Shown here piece by piece: positions 48,305 to 58,509 of a DNA stretch of 64,000 nucleotides. The notes beneath the pieces were generated by a model. It was not told where the DNA came from, did not search any database, and saw only the letters and a list, made by a program, of their open reading frames with translations. The position numbers were made by a program, and so were the translations under genes. Every line of letters starts with the position of its first letter. Position 1 is the stretch's first letter. Origin of the DNA: Minisyncoccota bacterium (GTDB lineage: Bacteria; Patescibacteriota; Minisyncoccia; Phycocordibacterales; UBA1006); the NCBI GenBank assembly GCA_036405175.1, contig DASWYC010000002.1, positions 251,429 to 315,428 of the forward strand. The letters run 5' to 3'.

Positions 48305-49348
48305 CTATTTAATACTATTCAAAATACTCATACATTCTTCATATGAGCGGCTCATCACCAATTGCTGCTTAAGCTCGGCATATTCTGGAAAGTCGGCAAA
48401 ATAAGCTTTAAAATGCTTTGCCATCAGTGCAAATGCTTTGGGCTTAATCTCCCCTCCTTCAATGGCTAGAGTTTCACTACCAAATTCATACACTGCCGAA
48501 CGCAATGTACCAACACTCTTCATATACAATTCAACGTGCTCCTTACACAGAGCAATCAACTCCTCAATATTTTTTGGCTTCATTGTTTCTTCTGGATCAA
48601 ACAACCACGGCTTTCCAAAAATTCCCTTTCCAATCATCACGCCATCGCAGCCTGTTGCTAATCGCACCTCTTCCGCCTTTTCAAACGAGGTGACATTTCC
48701 GTTTGCTAATACCAATACGCCTTCTGCATGTGCAAGCTCAACAATTTGCTTAAGCACATCCCAGTGCGGTTCCGGTTTAGACATTTCATTTTTGGTGCGT
48801 GCGTGAATCGTTAAAATATCTGGCTTCAAAGAAATTACCCGTTTAATGTATGCCTCATCGTACGAGTTCCATCCAATACGGGTTTTGATAGAAATTGGAA
48901 GATGTGGTGCACCTTCTCTGCAAGCTTCAATCAAAAGCGCAAGTGTTTCAACATTTTTAATGAGTGCAGAACCAGCACCTTGTTTACAGATAGTATCGTC
49001 GGGGCAGCCAGCGTTAATATCAATTCCATCGTAGCCAAGCTCTGCTACCATGCGTGCAGCTTCTTTAATTTTCTCCGGATTACTACTAAAAAGTTGCGCA
49101 ATCAATGGACGTTGGCGCTCGGTATATTCAAGATCACGCAATAAACTAACACGTCCTTGCGGATGAATAAGCCCATCTGCTGCAACAAACTCTGTCCAAA
49201 GTGCATGAAGTTTGCTTCCCGTTTCTCCCATACGAGAATATTTAGCCAGCATTTCACGTTCAGCAACATCAGTTACATCTGCCATAGGCGCTGCAACATA
49301 TAAAAAGCCGTGCTTTTCTTTAAGATTGTGCCAAAATTGATTGCTCAT
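48305..49348 (-). CDS. tRNA-dihydrouridine synthase
   Basis: APMADVTD, ISIKTRIGW and HARTKNE are present. The start was trimmed to MSNQFW. Confidence 0.7.
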   Translation of the reverse strand: MSNQFWHNLKEKHGFLYVAAPMADVTDVAEREMLAKYSRMGETGSKLHALWTEFVAADGLIHPQGRVSLLRDLEYTERQRPLIAQLFSSNPEKIKEAARMVAELGYDGIDINAGCPDDTICKQGAGSALIKNVETLALLIEACREGAPHLPISIKTRIGWNSYDEAYIKRVISLKPDILTIHARTKNEMSKPEPHWDVLKQIVELAHAEGVLVLANGNVTSFEKAEEVRLATGCDGVMIGKGIFGKPWLFDPEETMKPKNIEELIALCKEHVELYMKSVGTLRSAVYEFGSETLAIEGGEIKPKAFALMAKHFKAYFADFPEYAELKQQLVMSRSYEECMSILNSIK

Positions 49349-49651
49349 AATCTTGACGATTGTACAGTATTGGGATGATTTTGTATACACGTATCTATAC
49401 TACTCACTTCATTGTTATATAATTAAACTAAAACCATACCTTAATTTTTGAACATGAAAAAGAGATACAAAAGAGTGTGTTTTGTTGATCCCTGCTCAGC
49501 AAAACAGTCAGCTAAAAATCTGCGAGTTTTGGCTGTAAGAACGCGAAACGAATTTCGAAAATTTATTTTTAGATTTCAGCCCATTATTCCCTCCAGATTA
49601 TGTGCATAACTTGGAAATCTATCTCCAAGAAATAGCCACCTCCGACGGTGG

Positions 49652-50503
49652 CTATTTGTATACAATCTTTGGATAAAACCGTAAGTCTATATATGAAAGT
49701 GTTTCAGTTTCTTTAGGAATATTTTTAATCACAATATCCATAATCGGCTCATCAGCTGCAGCGATTAATTTGCTCGATGGTGCATCAATGTAGAGCGACA
49801 CAACACCAAATCTATTCGTAGACATCAAGCACTCATAGTCTGGTTTTTCATGATGATAGGTACACGCCAAGATTCTATGCTGCTCAGTTGAAACCAAACG
49901 GTAAATTCCTAACGTCTCTTCCGCAATGAATGCCGGTAAAATATTATTCACTAAATAAATTGAGGTATTAAGCTTAGGATTTACATCAAAATCATTTTGT
50001 GGAGTTTTTAATAGCGGGCGCCCGTTACTTGATCGCTGCCAACATGACACATCTTCATTAGGCAAGCTATTACAGTGCACAATGCGCGCCTCTTGCTCAA
50101 CGATTGTTATGTACAGATCATTAAAACCATCGTACCAAACATCAGCTTCTGCAATTTCTGGATAGCGCTCAACAAGATAACTCTCAATTGCAGATGATGA
50201 TTGCAAAATCCTATTTGGATACGGCACAATCACATCAGAAAATCTCGTTAAATATGACATGGTCTGTTTTCCAATTTCAAACGACGATAGCACTTGATTC
50301 CCTTTTACATGTACCCGCTGTACCCCAAGCTCCGGCGAACGCATGATCCCTACATAGAGTGCAGTGATAATAATGAAGCCACCGATTACGCCCCATAATG
50401 TGGATGAGAAAAAATGACCAACCAAAACAGCAGCCTGAGGCGGCTGTTTTTTTACAACTTTTCTGACGGTTTTAGGTTGTTCGGCTGGTGCAGTTTCCGG
50501 CAT
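49652..50503 (-). CDS. FtsQ/DivIB-like cell-division protein (TM + POTRA)
   Basis: It has a basic N-terminus and one TM. RVHVKGNQVLSSFEI and YLVERYPEIAEADVWYDG...IVEQEARIVH resemble FtsQ POTRA strands. Confidence 0.45.
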   Translation of the reverse strand: MPETAPAEQPKTVRKVVKKQPPQAAVLVGHFFSSTLWGVIGGFIIITALYVGIMRSPELGVQRVHVKGNQVLSSFEIGKQTMSYLTRFSDVIVPYPNRILQSSSAIESYLVERYPEIAEADVWYDGFNDLYITIVEQEARIVHCNSLPNEDVSCWQRSSNGRPLLKTPQNDFDVNPKLNTSIYLVNNILPAFIAEETLGIYRLVSTEQHRILACTYHHEKPDYECLMSTNRFGVVSLYIDAPSSKLIAAADEPIMDIVIKNIPKETETLSYIDLRFYPKIVYK

Positions 50504-50530
50504 TACCGTTATTATACCGCGTCCAACGTA

Positions 50531-51793
50531 CTAGCCAATACGATCAAACCCACAGTATGGCACCAATGCGTCCGGAATTTTGATTGATCCGTCTTCCTGC
50601 TGGAAGTTTTCAATAAGTGACACCAAAATACGCGGTGTTGGAATTGCCGTACAGTTAAGTGAGTGCGCAAATCGCATTTTTCCTTCTGAATCTTTATAGC
50701 GAATATTAAAGCGGCGAGTTTGGAAATCATGGAAATATGATGCTGAAGAAATCTCGCGATATTTCTCTTCTCCCGGTACCCATAACTCAGTATCGTATTT
50801 TTTAACCTGCCCCAACCCAAGATCACCAGAACAGTTGATCACGGTGCGATACGGTATACCTAATGATTCAATAAAGCTTTCAACATTTCCCTGAATCCAA
50901 TCATGAAGTTCAACTGATTTAGCATGAGATGCCTCACATAAAATCACCTGTTCAAATTTATAAAACTCATGCACACGAATAAGTCCTTTTACATCTTTTC
51001 CATGCGATCCAGCTTCTCTGCGGAAACACGGTGAAAATGCCAAGATCTTACGAGGAAATTCTGCTTCTTCCAATACTTCATCACGGAAATATCCCATTGT
51101 TGCCACCTCTGCGGTTCCAATAAGATTTTGTCCGTCTTGAGTTTCAAATAAATCTTCTGCTTCATTAGGGAGATGACCTGTTCCAAAGAAATTTTCTTTA
51201 TGAACAATGGTTGGTGTAATCATAAATTCTGGAAACCCATTCTTAAGATAAAAATCTTTTGCGTAATTCCAAATAGCAAACGTGAGGAGTGCTCCTTTAT
51301 TCTTGAGGAAGTAGCCACGGAATCCGTGAACTTTAGTTCCGCGTTCAAAATCAACCATATTATGCTTGAGCATGAGGTCAATATGACTTTGTGGTGTAAA
51401 GTTAAATTTCTTGGCTTCCCCCCAGTGTTTGATTGGAACATTATCTTCGTCAGAATTTCCATCCGGAACTGACATATCTGGAACATTAGGAACTTTCAAC
51501 ATGAGCTCCTTCCAGCTGGTTAAAATAGTGTTGTATTGATCTTCTTGAGTGCGCAACGTTTCCTTTACCTGCTTCATTGATTCAATCTGTGAAGCGCGTT
51601 CAGTATCTGATGCGGAGGTAATTTTATCGGAAACACTATTTTGTTGCGTACGCAATTCTTCTATTTTTCTAAGGAGTTCCAAGCGATCATCGTCAAGCTT
51701 AATGAGCTTATCAATATCCACCTTGACTTTTTTTGAAAGTACGGCGTTTTTGACAATCTCAGTATGAGCGCGAATAAATTTGATGTCTAACAT
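50531..51793 (-). CDS. serS: seryl-tRNA synthetase
   Basis: MLDIKFIRAHTEIVKNAV is followed by an N-terminal coiled coil. Class II motifs include FRREAGS. Confidence 0.9.
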   Translation of the reverse strand: MLDIKFIRAHTEIVKNAVLSKKVKVDIDKLIKLDDDRLELLRKIEELRTQQNSVSDKITSASDTERASQIESMKQVKETLRTQEDQYNTILTSWKELMLKVPNVPDMSVPDGNSDEDNVPIKHWGEAKKFNFTPQSHIDLMLKHNMVDFERGTKVHGFRGYFLKNKGALLTFAIWNYAKDFYLKNGFPEFMITPTIVHKENFFGTGHLPNEAEDLFETQDGQNLIGTAEVATMGYFRDEVLEEAEFPRKILAFSPCFRREAGSHGKDVKGLIRVHEFYKFEQVILCEASHAKSVELHDWIQGNVESFIESLGIPYRTVINCSGDLGLGQVKKYDTELWVPGEEKYREISSASYFHDFQTRRFNIRYKDSEGKMRFAHSLNCTAIPTPRILVSLIENFQQEDGSIKIPDALVPYCGFDRIG

Positions 51794-51913
51794 AACTTTT
51801 TGAGTATATCATATTTTTCTAATTCTTCATGATTCATTTTTATAGTTGGCGCAACAAAAAGTTTGGTTATTTTTTACTAGTGAAAGTATGGTACGAGATT
51901 TTATTATATGTAA

Positions 51914-52768
51914 ATGATAGATGCTGATATTAAAGTTATTTCCAAATCTATGCTTCCCAATTATGTTGATGATTTCTTACGATCATTTCCGGATGAGTTA
52001 TGGTATTGCGGAAATATTAATTTGTTACAAAAACCAATTATTACGATTGTTGGTACACGTAAGCCAAGTAGTTACGGGATACAGCTTGTGAGTCATTTAA
52101 CGGAGCGATTGAGCTTATATGATATTGCAACTGTTTCTGGACTAGCATTTGGTATTGATACGTTGGTGCACGAACAGAGTATATTGAATGAAATTCCAAC
52201 GATTGCAATCCCTGGATCTGGTCTTGGCAAGTCAGTTCTGTATCCACGCGGGAATATTGAAATGGCAGAAAAGATTCTTAAGCATCATGGACTCCTACTT
52301 TCTCCATTCCCTATTGATCGCCGAGCAGAAAAATATTTCTTTCCGGTACGTAATTGTTTAATGGCAGCCATTAGCAATGTAGTGATTGTGATTGAAGCTC
52401 AAGAAAGATCCGGCTCGCTTATTACTGCTCATCATGCGCTTGAATATGGAAAACCCACCTATGTATTCCCTGGATCATACTTTTCTCCATTATCACGTGG
52501 ATGTCATCAGTTAATAAATGAAGGTGCTTGTGTGCTTAGCTCTTTTGAAGACTTTGTGAGCGATCTCGGTTTTCCTCTCAAGAAATCTGAGAATACAAAA
52601 AGTGTCACTAATATGACACTCGATATTTTTGATGCTCCAAAAACACTAACGGAATTATGTGAGTATTTTTATCTACAACCAACTGATATGCTAGTGCAAC
52701 TCACCTTAATGGAGTTTGAGGGAAAGATTATAAATATGGGCGGAAGGTATCAAAAAAGTCGCCAATGA
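51914..52768 (+). CDS. dprA: DNA processing protein DprA (Smf)
   Basis: IVGTRKPSSYG, GLAFGIDTLVH and SGSLITA. Confidence 0.8.
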   Translation: MIDADIKVISKSMLPNYVDDFLRSFPDELWYCGNINLLQKPIITIVGTRKPSSYGIQLVSHLTERLSLYDIATVSGLAFGIDTLVHEQSILNEIPTIAIPGSGLGKSVLYPRGNIEMAEKILKHHGLLLSPFPIDRRAEKYFFPVRNCLMAAISNVVIVIEAQERSGSLITAHHALEYGKPTYVFPGSYFSPLSRGCHQLINEGACVLSSFEDFVSDLGFPLKKSENTKSVTNMTLDIFDAPKTLTELCEYFYLQPTDMLVQLTLMEFEGKIINMGGRYQKSRQ

Positions 52769-52809
52769 TTAGCGACTTTTATTTTATTTAGACTTTACTT
52801 TTTAAGAAC

Positions 52810-53229
52810 TTATTTAACTTTTTTAAACAGTTCAATCATGGAGCGCCAAGATATCCCCGTGCAAATAGCACCTATGTGAAAAAGTACCCCGGTGAGCAAT
52901 CTAACTCCTTTTGCAAACTTTCTTGATGATAGGGTTTCTACCCCTGCACTAAAAAAGATTTGACCCATAAGGATAAATAGCATCATTATGAGCACTATCT
53001 GTACGAAAGGTTTCACCTTCCCCTTGTTGAAGATAGAGATAAATACAAGGGCAAAGAATACTAACAAAGAAAACATGTTCAGTTCTTCACTTGTTACTGG
53101 CTCCCAACCACCTCCGAAAATATCAGGGTAAACTAAAGTTGTAATTGCAGCTGTTAAGCATAAGCTCAAAGCCACAAGAGATAGACCCATCCAATCAATT
53201 GGATTATCTTCTAAGTTATTGTTTTTCAT
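52810..53229 (-). CDS. hypothetical membrane protein
   Basis: It has four hydrophobic helices. Confidence 0.35.
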   Translation of the reverse strand: MKNNNLEDNPIDWMGLSLVALSLCLTAAITTLVYPDIFGGGWEPVTSEELNMFSLLVFFALVFISIFNKGKVKPFVQIVLIMMLFILMGQIFFSAGVETLSSRKFAKGVRLLTGVLFHIGAICTGISWRSMIELFKKVK

Positions 53230-53329
53230 AGTATCTCGAAAACTTTAATGTTAAGTAAATGTATTAATTTATAAAAATCTATCACATCTATTTACATTTG
53301 TCAATAATATGTTATTATAGGTTCATTAT

Positions 53330-54013
53330 ATGCAGACCTATACATTTTCCGGCTCAGAACCTATATACAATAATGTATATATGGCACAATTGGGCGTTGC
53401 GTCTCGTCGTGAGGCGGATAAGCTCATTGATGCTGGATTAGTTCAGATCAACGGCAAAACAGCCACTCGTGGGCAAAAATTGAACGCTGGAGACACGCTT
53501 TCTATTAACAAAGAAGCTAAGGAATTCAGCTACTTTTTCTACTACAAACCTCGAGGAGAAGAAACTGGGGTTCATAAAGGAATGCCTGGTTTGCACCCTA
53601 TTGGGCGCCTTGATAAAGAATCTGAAGGACTCTTGGTATATAGCGATGATCACCGCATGGTTGATGCGCTATTGAATCCTGATAACAAAATCACCAAAGA
53701 GTATGAAGTATGGACTCAAGAACGTATCTTTGATGAGGCAGAACAAAAACTCAAAAAAGGAATGCGCTATGAAGGCGTTACATACAGAGCACCAAAGAGC
53801 GTGATTATTGCACCATCACGTAACAAAATTACCATTACGCTTACCGAAGGAAAGAAGCATGAGATTCGCAGAATGTTAGCGGCGGTAAAACTTACCGTTA
53901 CAAGATTGAAGCGTACAAAAATTAATGGGATCGAAGCCCCTACACTTAAGCCGGGAGACTTCAAGAAATTAAAAGGGATAGATCTACAAAACCTCAAGCA
54001 ACTTCTTAAATAA
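53330..54013 (+). CDS. pseudouridine synthase, RsuA/RluB family (S4 domain)
   Basis: The S4 domain is MAQLGVASRREADKLIDAGLVQINGK. The catalytic motif is GRLDKESEGLLV. Confidence 0.8.
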   Translation: MQTYTFSGSEPIYNNVYMAQLGVASRREADKLIDAGLVQINGKTATRGQKLNAGDTLSINKEAKEFSYFFYYKPRGEETGVHKGMPGLHPIGRLDKESEGLLVYSDDHRMVDALLNPDNKITKEYEVWTQERIFDEAEQKLKKGMRYEGVTYRAPKSVIIAPSRNKITITLTEGKKHEIRRMLAAVKLTVTRLKRTKINGIEAPTLKPGDFKKLKGIDLQNLKQLLK

Positions 54014-54047
54014 ATCACTTGAGTGATTTATTTTTCATCTAAAGAAA

Positions 54048-54076
54048 GTGGGGCGCGACCTTCGGTCGCGCCTCAT
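54048..54076. repeat. GC-rich hairpin repeat copy 2 (core GGCGCGACCTTCGGTCGCGCC), acting as terminator after the pseudouridine synthase gene
   Basis: gtggggcgcgac cttcg gtcgcgcctcat followed by ttttt. A second small hairpin, aaatcacttgagtgattt, precedes it. Confidence 0.6.
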
Positions 54077-54086
54077 TTTTCAAATA

Positions 54087-54467
54087 TTATTCTTTTTCTT
54101 CAAATCCTAAACACACCGAGTTTATACAATATCGCATTCCTCCTGCTTCTTTAGGTCCATCATTAAACACATGCCCCAAATGCGCTTTGCAATTCTTGCA
54201 CACTACTTCAACTCGATGCATTCCATGTGAATCATCTTCAATCAATTCAATATGTTCCAAGTTGGCTGGCTCGGTAAATGATGGCCACCCAGTTCCAGAA
54301 TCAAACTTTGCATCAGAAGAAAAAAGTTCTGTGCCACATACCGCGCACTTATATATTCCTTCTTTATGATTATTTAGAAGTTCTCCCGTAAACGGCATCT
54401 CTGTTCCCTTTTCACGAGCTACTCTGTAAAGCTCATCAGAAAGCCCCTCTGAATTAGCATGTGTCAT
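54087..54467 (-). CDS. msrB: peptide methionine-(R)-S-oxide reductase
   Basis: CAVCGTELFSSDAKFDSGTGWPSF, GHVFNDGP and RYCINS. The start was trimmed to MTHANSEG. Confidence 0.85.
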   Translation of the reverse strand: MTHANSEGLSDELYRVAREKGTEMPFTGELLNNHKEGIYKCAVCGTELFSSDAKFDSGTGWPSFTEPANLEHIELIEDDSHGMHRVEVVCKNCKAHLGHVFNDGPKEAGGMRYCINSVCLGFEEKE

Positions 54468-54553
54468 ATAATTGCAGTATACACCCAGATTGCAAATTTG
54501 TTGCAAAAGGCGTACTATATGAAGAATTTCGATATTTAACTCCTTATTTATAT

Positions 54554-55120
54554 ATGAAGACTATTCAGACCCACTTTCATCATCACAAGAAGATTTATCT
54601 CAATATCTTCCTTATTGCATATGGAATAGCTTCAATCCTTCATATAATTACTACCCTTACTAACGATGCAACCTTTTGGGCGCTGGGTGCGTTTATAGCT
54701 GGACTTATTGTTGCAATTTATTCACACAATCGCCATGGCTATGAAACTATTGCACTCTTACTAATTCATATGGGTATCGAGTGGTGGCAGCATGCTCAAC
54801 ACATTAATATTTACACTCTTAAAGAGTATATATTTCATAGCATCCATGCGATTCTTGATACAATTCTTCTTGTTGAGGAGTCACACCACTTTAAAAATCG
54901 GAATGCATTCTTGATGATCGTTGCCTTAGGTTTGCTTGGCTTGGTTATCTGGTCATTTTTCAAAACTGAACATCATTTTGGCATTCACATGCTTGCACAT
55001 ACACATTCGCACACTCATTCAGCATGGTATACTGCGATTGAAGCAGCCGTAAGTGGTGGAATCATTGGTTGTATTATATCTCACCTCTATCGCTTAAACA
55101 TTAAAAAAGCAGGTCGTTAA
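54554..55120 (+). CDS. hypothetical His-rich membrane protein
   Basis: It has five TM helices. HFHHHKK is at the N-terminus and HTHSHTHS is in a loop. The start is uncertain, since the ORF opens at 54461. Confidence 0.35.
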   Translation: MKTIQTHFHHHKKIYLNIFLIAYGIASILHIITTLTNDATFWALGAFIAGLIVAIYSHNRHGYETIALLLIHMGIEWWQHAQHINIYTLKEYIFHSIHAILDTILLVEESHHFKNRNAFLMIVALGLLGLVIWSFFKTEHHFGIHMLAHTHSHTHSAWYTAIEAAVSGGIIGCIISHLYRLNIKKAGR

Positions 55121-55136
55121 ACCTGCTTTTTTAGTA

Positions 55137-55403
55137 TTACATTTCGTCTTTTTCAATCTCCTCACCTTCTATTTCCTCCTTTTCATCATCATGAATCAGG
55201 TCATCTTCGTTGGTGTCATTTTCTTCATCCCCCATATCATCGGGAGAAAATTCATCCCCTTCAGCTCCAATTTCTTCAGTAAAATCTTCTTCGAGCGGAT
55301 CTACTTCCTCATCTCCACGGAGCTTCTTATTGGTTTCTACTCCAGCATCTGAATTAATAAGTTCGTCAGCTGAAATGTTGTTGGTATCATCGTTCATACG
55401 CAA
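55137..55403 (-). CDS. highly acidic small protein (88 aa)
   Basis: DEEVDPLEEDFTEEIGAEGDEFSPDDMGDEENDTNEDDLIHDDEKEEIEGEEIEKDEM. Confidence 0.4.
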   Translation of the reverse strand: MRMNDDTNNISADELINSDAGVETNKKLRGDEEVDPLEEDFTEEIGAEGDEFSPDDMGDEENDTNEDDLIHDDEKEEIEGEEIEKDEM

Positions 55404-55759
55404 TTTGATTAATTAGTTCAGTAAAAGTTAAACACTAATTCGACAAGTATCCTATTTTAGAGGATTTTCTCCCCTGATAATACGAATCAAAAACATGACC
55501 ACGGCTGCAATCAGCAAAATGTGGATAAAGTTTCCAAGCACATGGAATGCTAAGAATCCGAGTGCCCAGAGTACCAGTAAGACTATACCTATTGTCGCTA
55601 GCATATACATCTTAATTAATTACTAGTATGACCTAAGTATACGCCTATCTATTTAAAAATTGCAACCTTTTTTATGAAGGTTTGATGAATTCAAAAATCA
55701 ACCACAATAATTGTTGTTATAGAAAAACATCCTCACCGCAAGTGAAGATGTTTTTGAAT

Positions 55760-56500
55760 TTATTCCATCGGCACCAAATAATTCTGCAATACAGTGAGTG
55801 GAATTGGAAGCGGCACGGGACCCATTGCTCCAGGACCAACTTCATACTTATCAAAATAAATAATCATCTCAGTTGGATTAAAAGCAAAATCATCAAGCTG
55901 CGCGAGTCCAAGCTTTTGTACCTGCTCCTTAAACACTGGCAATGTGTCACCTCCATCAGGACGATAGCTGAGCAATTGCTGCTTTACCGTATTAAGAAAT
56001 GCACCCTGTTGATCTTGTTTAATTACATCATTAAGTGCAAGAACTTTTCCGGTTTTCTTTGAAGCCGTAAACACCTTATAGCTACTCATTCCATTCGCCC
56101 CACCCGTATACGCATAGCTATTGATCACAATAGACATGGTTGTTGGCGACTGGACTGTATCAGCTTCCATTTCTAGCTCATAGTGCGCCGTTGGAGCATC
56201 TGCGCCAAATTCTTTACGAAGATCAGGAACTTCTTTATCTGCCGTAACACCAAACGTTGCAACATTCTGATCCACAAATGCACGTGCAGCATCGGCAAGA
56301 GCACCAGTACCGCTAATTACTGGCTTAGTAGCTGAGTAATTCTCTTGTGTAATCTTTTGATCAGTAATTGAGATTTCTTGTGTTGTTTGAGTTGGCGTGG
56401 TGGTATCGGTTGGCATTTCTGATTTATTTCTATTCACGATAATTAAACCAATCAATACAATAATCACCAAAAAAATAAGTGCGGTAATGTTTGTCTTCAT
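55760..56500 (-). CDS. secreted DUF3298/DUF4163-like (RsiV-like) protein
   Basis: It has a signal anchor. FDKYEVGPGAMGPV is characteristic of the DUF3298 C-terminus. Confidence 0.45.
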   Translation of the reverse strand: MKTNITALIFLVIIVLIGLIIVNRNKSEMPTDTTTPTQTTQEISITDQKITQENYSATKPVISGTGALADAARAFVDQNVATFGVTADKEVPDLRKEFGADAPTAHYELEMEADTVQSPTTMSIVINSYAYTGGANGMSSYKVFTASKKTGKVLALNDVIKQDQQGAFLNTVKQQLLSYRPDGGDTLPVFKEQVQKLGLAQLDDFAFNPTEMIIYFDKYEVGPGAMGPVPLPIPLTVLQNYLVPME

Positions 56501-56586
56501 ATACTTTATGGTACCATGATATAAAAAACTGAAGCAAGAGAAAAAGCGATCAAAGAATTTAAGATCACTTTTTCTTTAATCGCTTA

Positions 56587-57075
56587 CTAATTAGCCACTA
56601 ATACCTTATTATTACTTTTTAAAAAATAGAGCCTTGTTGCCGACGGAAGAACCTTTACTTCTGTTGGCTTGAGAAGGCTGTACATCCAAGCACCCCTACA
56701 CCAATGGATCATACCAAGAGTAATAGATTTGGATGGAAGTTCTATAAGAAATAGGCTTGGGGCTTTTTGGGATAATTGCCCGCTTCCTTGCAAATACGCA
56801 ACATGAGCAATAAACTCATCCTGATTCCAATATCGGGCAAGACTAAAACCATACAGAATAGAGATCTGATTAAGGAATGCTTCCCCTTCAGCTCCTAATT
56901 GATATACGAGTGAATCAACTTGAGTATTTATTTCGGGCTTAATGTCATCCACCTGGTCAAACAACACCGATTTAAACGTGGCAGTAAGTCTGCCTTGGCT
57001 AATGATATTCTTTGATTGAGCATCTGAAATAAATGGCATTCCAATCAATACTACGAATTGTATAAATCTTCTCAT
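56587..57075 (-). CDS. secreted hypothetical protein
   Basis: The signal peptide is MRRFIQFVVLIGMPFISDAQ. Confidence 0.35.
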   Translation of the reverse strand: MRRFIQFVVLIGMPFISDAQSKNIISQGRLTATFKSVLFDQVDDIKPEINTQVDSLVYQLGAEGEAFLNQISILYGFSLARYWNQDEFIAHVAYLQGSGQLSQKAPSLFLIELPSKSITLGMIHWCRGAWMYSLLKPTEVKVLPSATRLYFLKSNNKVLVAN

Positions 57076-57182
57076 AAGAATATTAGGTTTTTATGGTTAA
57101 CTGATTTTTTTAAACTTTTCTTTATTTAATACCTCATCATGCTTATTGTCAAATTAAAATCCCTCATATGAGGGATTGTAAA

Positions 57183-57674
57183 TTATTCCATTGAAGTTTG
57201 ATATTCTGCAATTTTCCAAACTCCATCTACTTGTACGACGGTAAGGTATACGGTTGATCGAACAGCTGCACCACCATTTGCAGCCTCAACGCTGGTCACC
57301 TCAACAACATCAGCAACCACCTCGTAATGATCTCCGGCAGGCTTAATATCTTTTACCTCCATACGGTCAGGCCATGGGCTTGATGTTGCACGCCCCGGAA
57401 CACTCATTGGATCATTCATCCAGCGATCATACAATGCATCCGTAATATAGGGACGATATTCTTGATCAACAAGCGGCGGAATAAGCGCAGGGTTTGCGGT
57501 AGTTGGAACATTCTTAAGATGATTTCCAAATTCTGCAACCAATTTTGTAATCTCCATAGTCGCATCAGCCTGCTCAGTAGTTTGAGCAACCTTGTGTGAT
57601 AATGATCGGTCAAGAACCGTTACTAATCCCAATAATACAACTGCAACCACTAAGTAGATGAGCTTCTTTTTCAT
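57183..57674 (-). CDS. membrane-anchored hypothetical protein
   Basis: The start was trimmed to MKKKLIYLVVAVVLLGL. Confidence 0.35.
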   Translation of the reverse strand: MKKKLIYLVVAVVLLGLVTVLDRSLSHKVAQTTEQADATMEITKLVAEFGNHLKNVPTTANPALIPPLVDQEYRPYITDALYDRWMNDPMSVPGRATSSPWPDRMEVKDIKPAGDHYEVVADVVEVTSVEAANGGAAVRSTVYLTVVQVDGVWKIAEYQTSME

Positions 57675-57698
57675 ATACCTTAAGTATAGCACTCATCT

Positions 57699-58505
57699 TC
57701 ATGATTTCATTAAATTCTCAAAAACTCCCACAACGGCGAGCGGGCCAACCCCTCCGGGAACGGGTGTGTAGTAGCTCGCCTTTTCATAGCACGCTGGATC
57801 AATATCTCCTGCAACTTTGCCTGCTTGTTCGCTCGTACCAGCATCGATTAAAATAACACCTTGCTTAACCATGTCAGGAGTGATTAAGTGCGGCTTGCCA
57901 ACACCAGAAATAATAATGTCTGCATGTTTGAGTGCGCTTGTATATTCATGCTGAGGAGTTGTTTCGGTAATAATGGTATGAGCAATATTTTGACGCTTAA
58001 AATAACGAGACACCACAGAACCAACCAAGCGTCCATTGCCAACGATAACAATATTTTTATGTGCAAGATCCACATTAATTGATGCAAGAATGTGATGAAC
58101 CGCACTTGCAACGGGCGGCATAGCCTCTATTCTTCCCTGAGCATACGCTTCCAGTGCTATATCACTGAGTACATCACAGTCTCGTATGAGCGGAATAGTA
58201 TTGAGAATCACCTGAGTATCAAGCTGCGGCGGTAGTGGCAACTGAACAACAATGCCATCATATTGTGCACTAATAGCGTATACAAAATCTTCAGCAGCTT
58301 CAGTGGTGAGTTCATCATCATATTCAACAATCTCTGCATCAATACCAATCTTTTCTGCAATTTTCATTTTGATATTCACAAATTGTTCGGTAGCATACGT
58401 GCGTTCAAACACAATAAATCCTATCTTTTTCTGAGGCATCGTTGATACTTGTTCTTTCAACGCTTGAATACGTTCTTCTGCAAGTTGCTTACCGTTAATC
58501 ATCAT
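57699..58505 (-). CDS. folD: bifunctional methylenetetrahydrofolate dehydrogenase/cyclohydrolase
   Basis: MMINGKQLAEERIQALKEQV, NIVIVGNGRLVGSVV and GGVGP. Confidence 0.85.
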   Translation of the reverse strand: MMINGKQLAEERIQALKEQVSTMPQKKIGFIVFERTYATEQFVNIKMKIAEKIGIDAEIVEYDDELTTEAAEDFVYAISAQYDGIVVQLPLPPQLDTQVILNTIPLIRDCDVLSDIALEAYAQGRIEAMPPVASAVHHILASINVDLAHKNIVIVGNGRLVGSVVSRYFKRQNIAHTIITETTPQHEYTSALKHADIIISGVGKPHLITPDMVKQGVILIDAGTSEQAGKVAGDIDPACYEKASYYTPVPGGVGPLAVVGVFENLMKS

Positions 58506-58509
58506 ATAT

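Noticed and set aside
50512-50826. 104-aa minus-strand ORF overlapping the 3' end of serS
   Set aside because: It sits in a different frame within serS. The SerRS reading frame is unambiguous.
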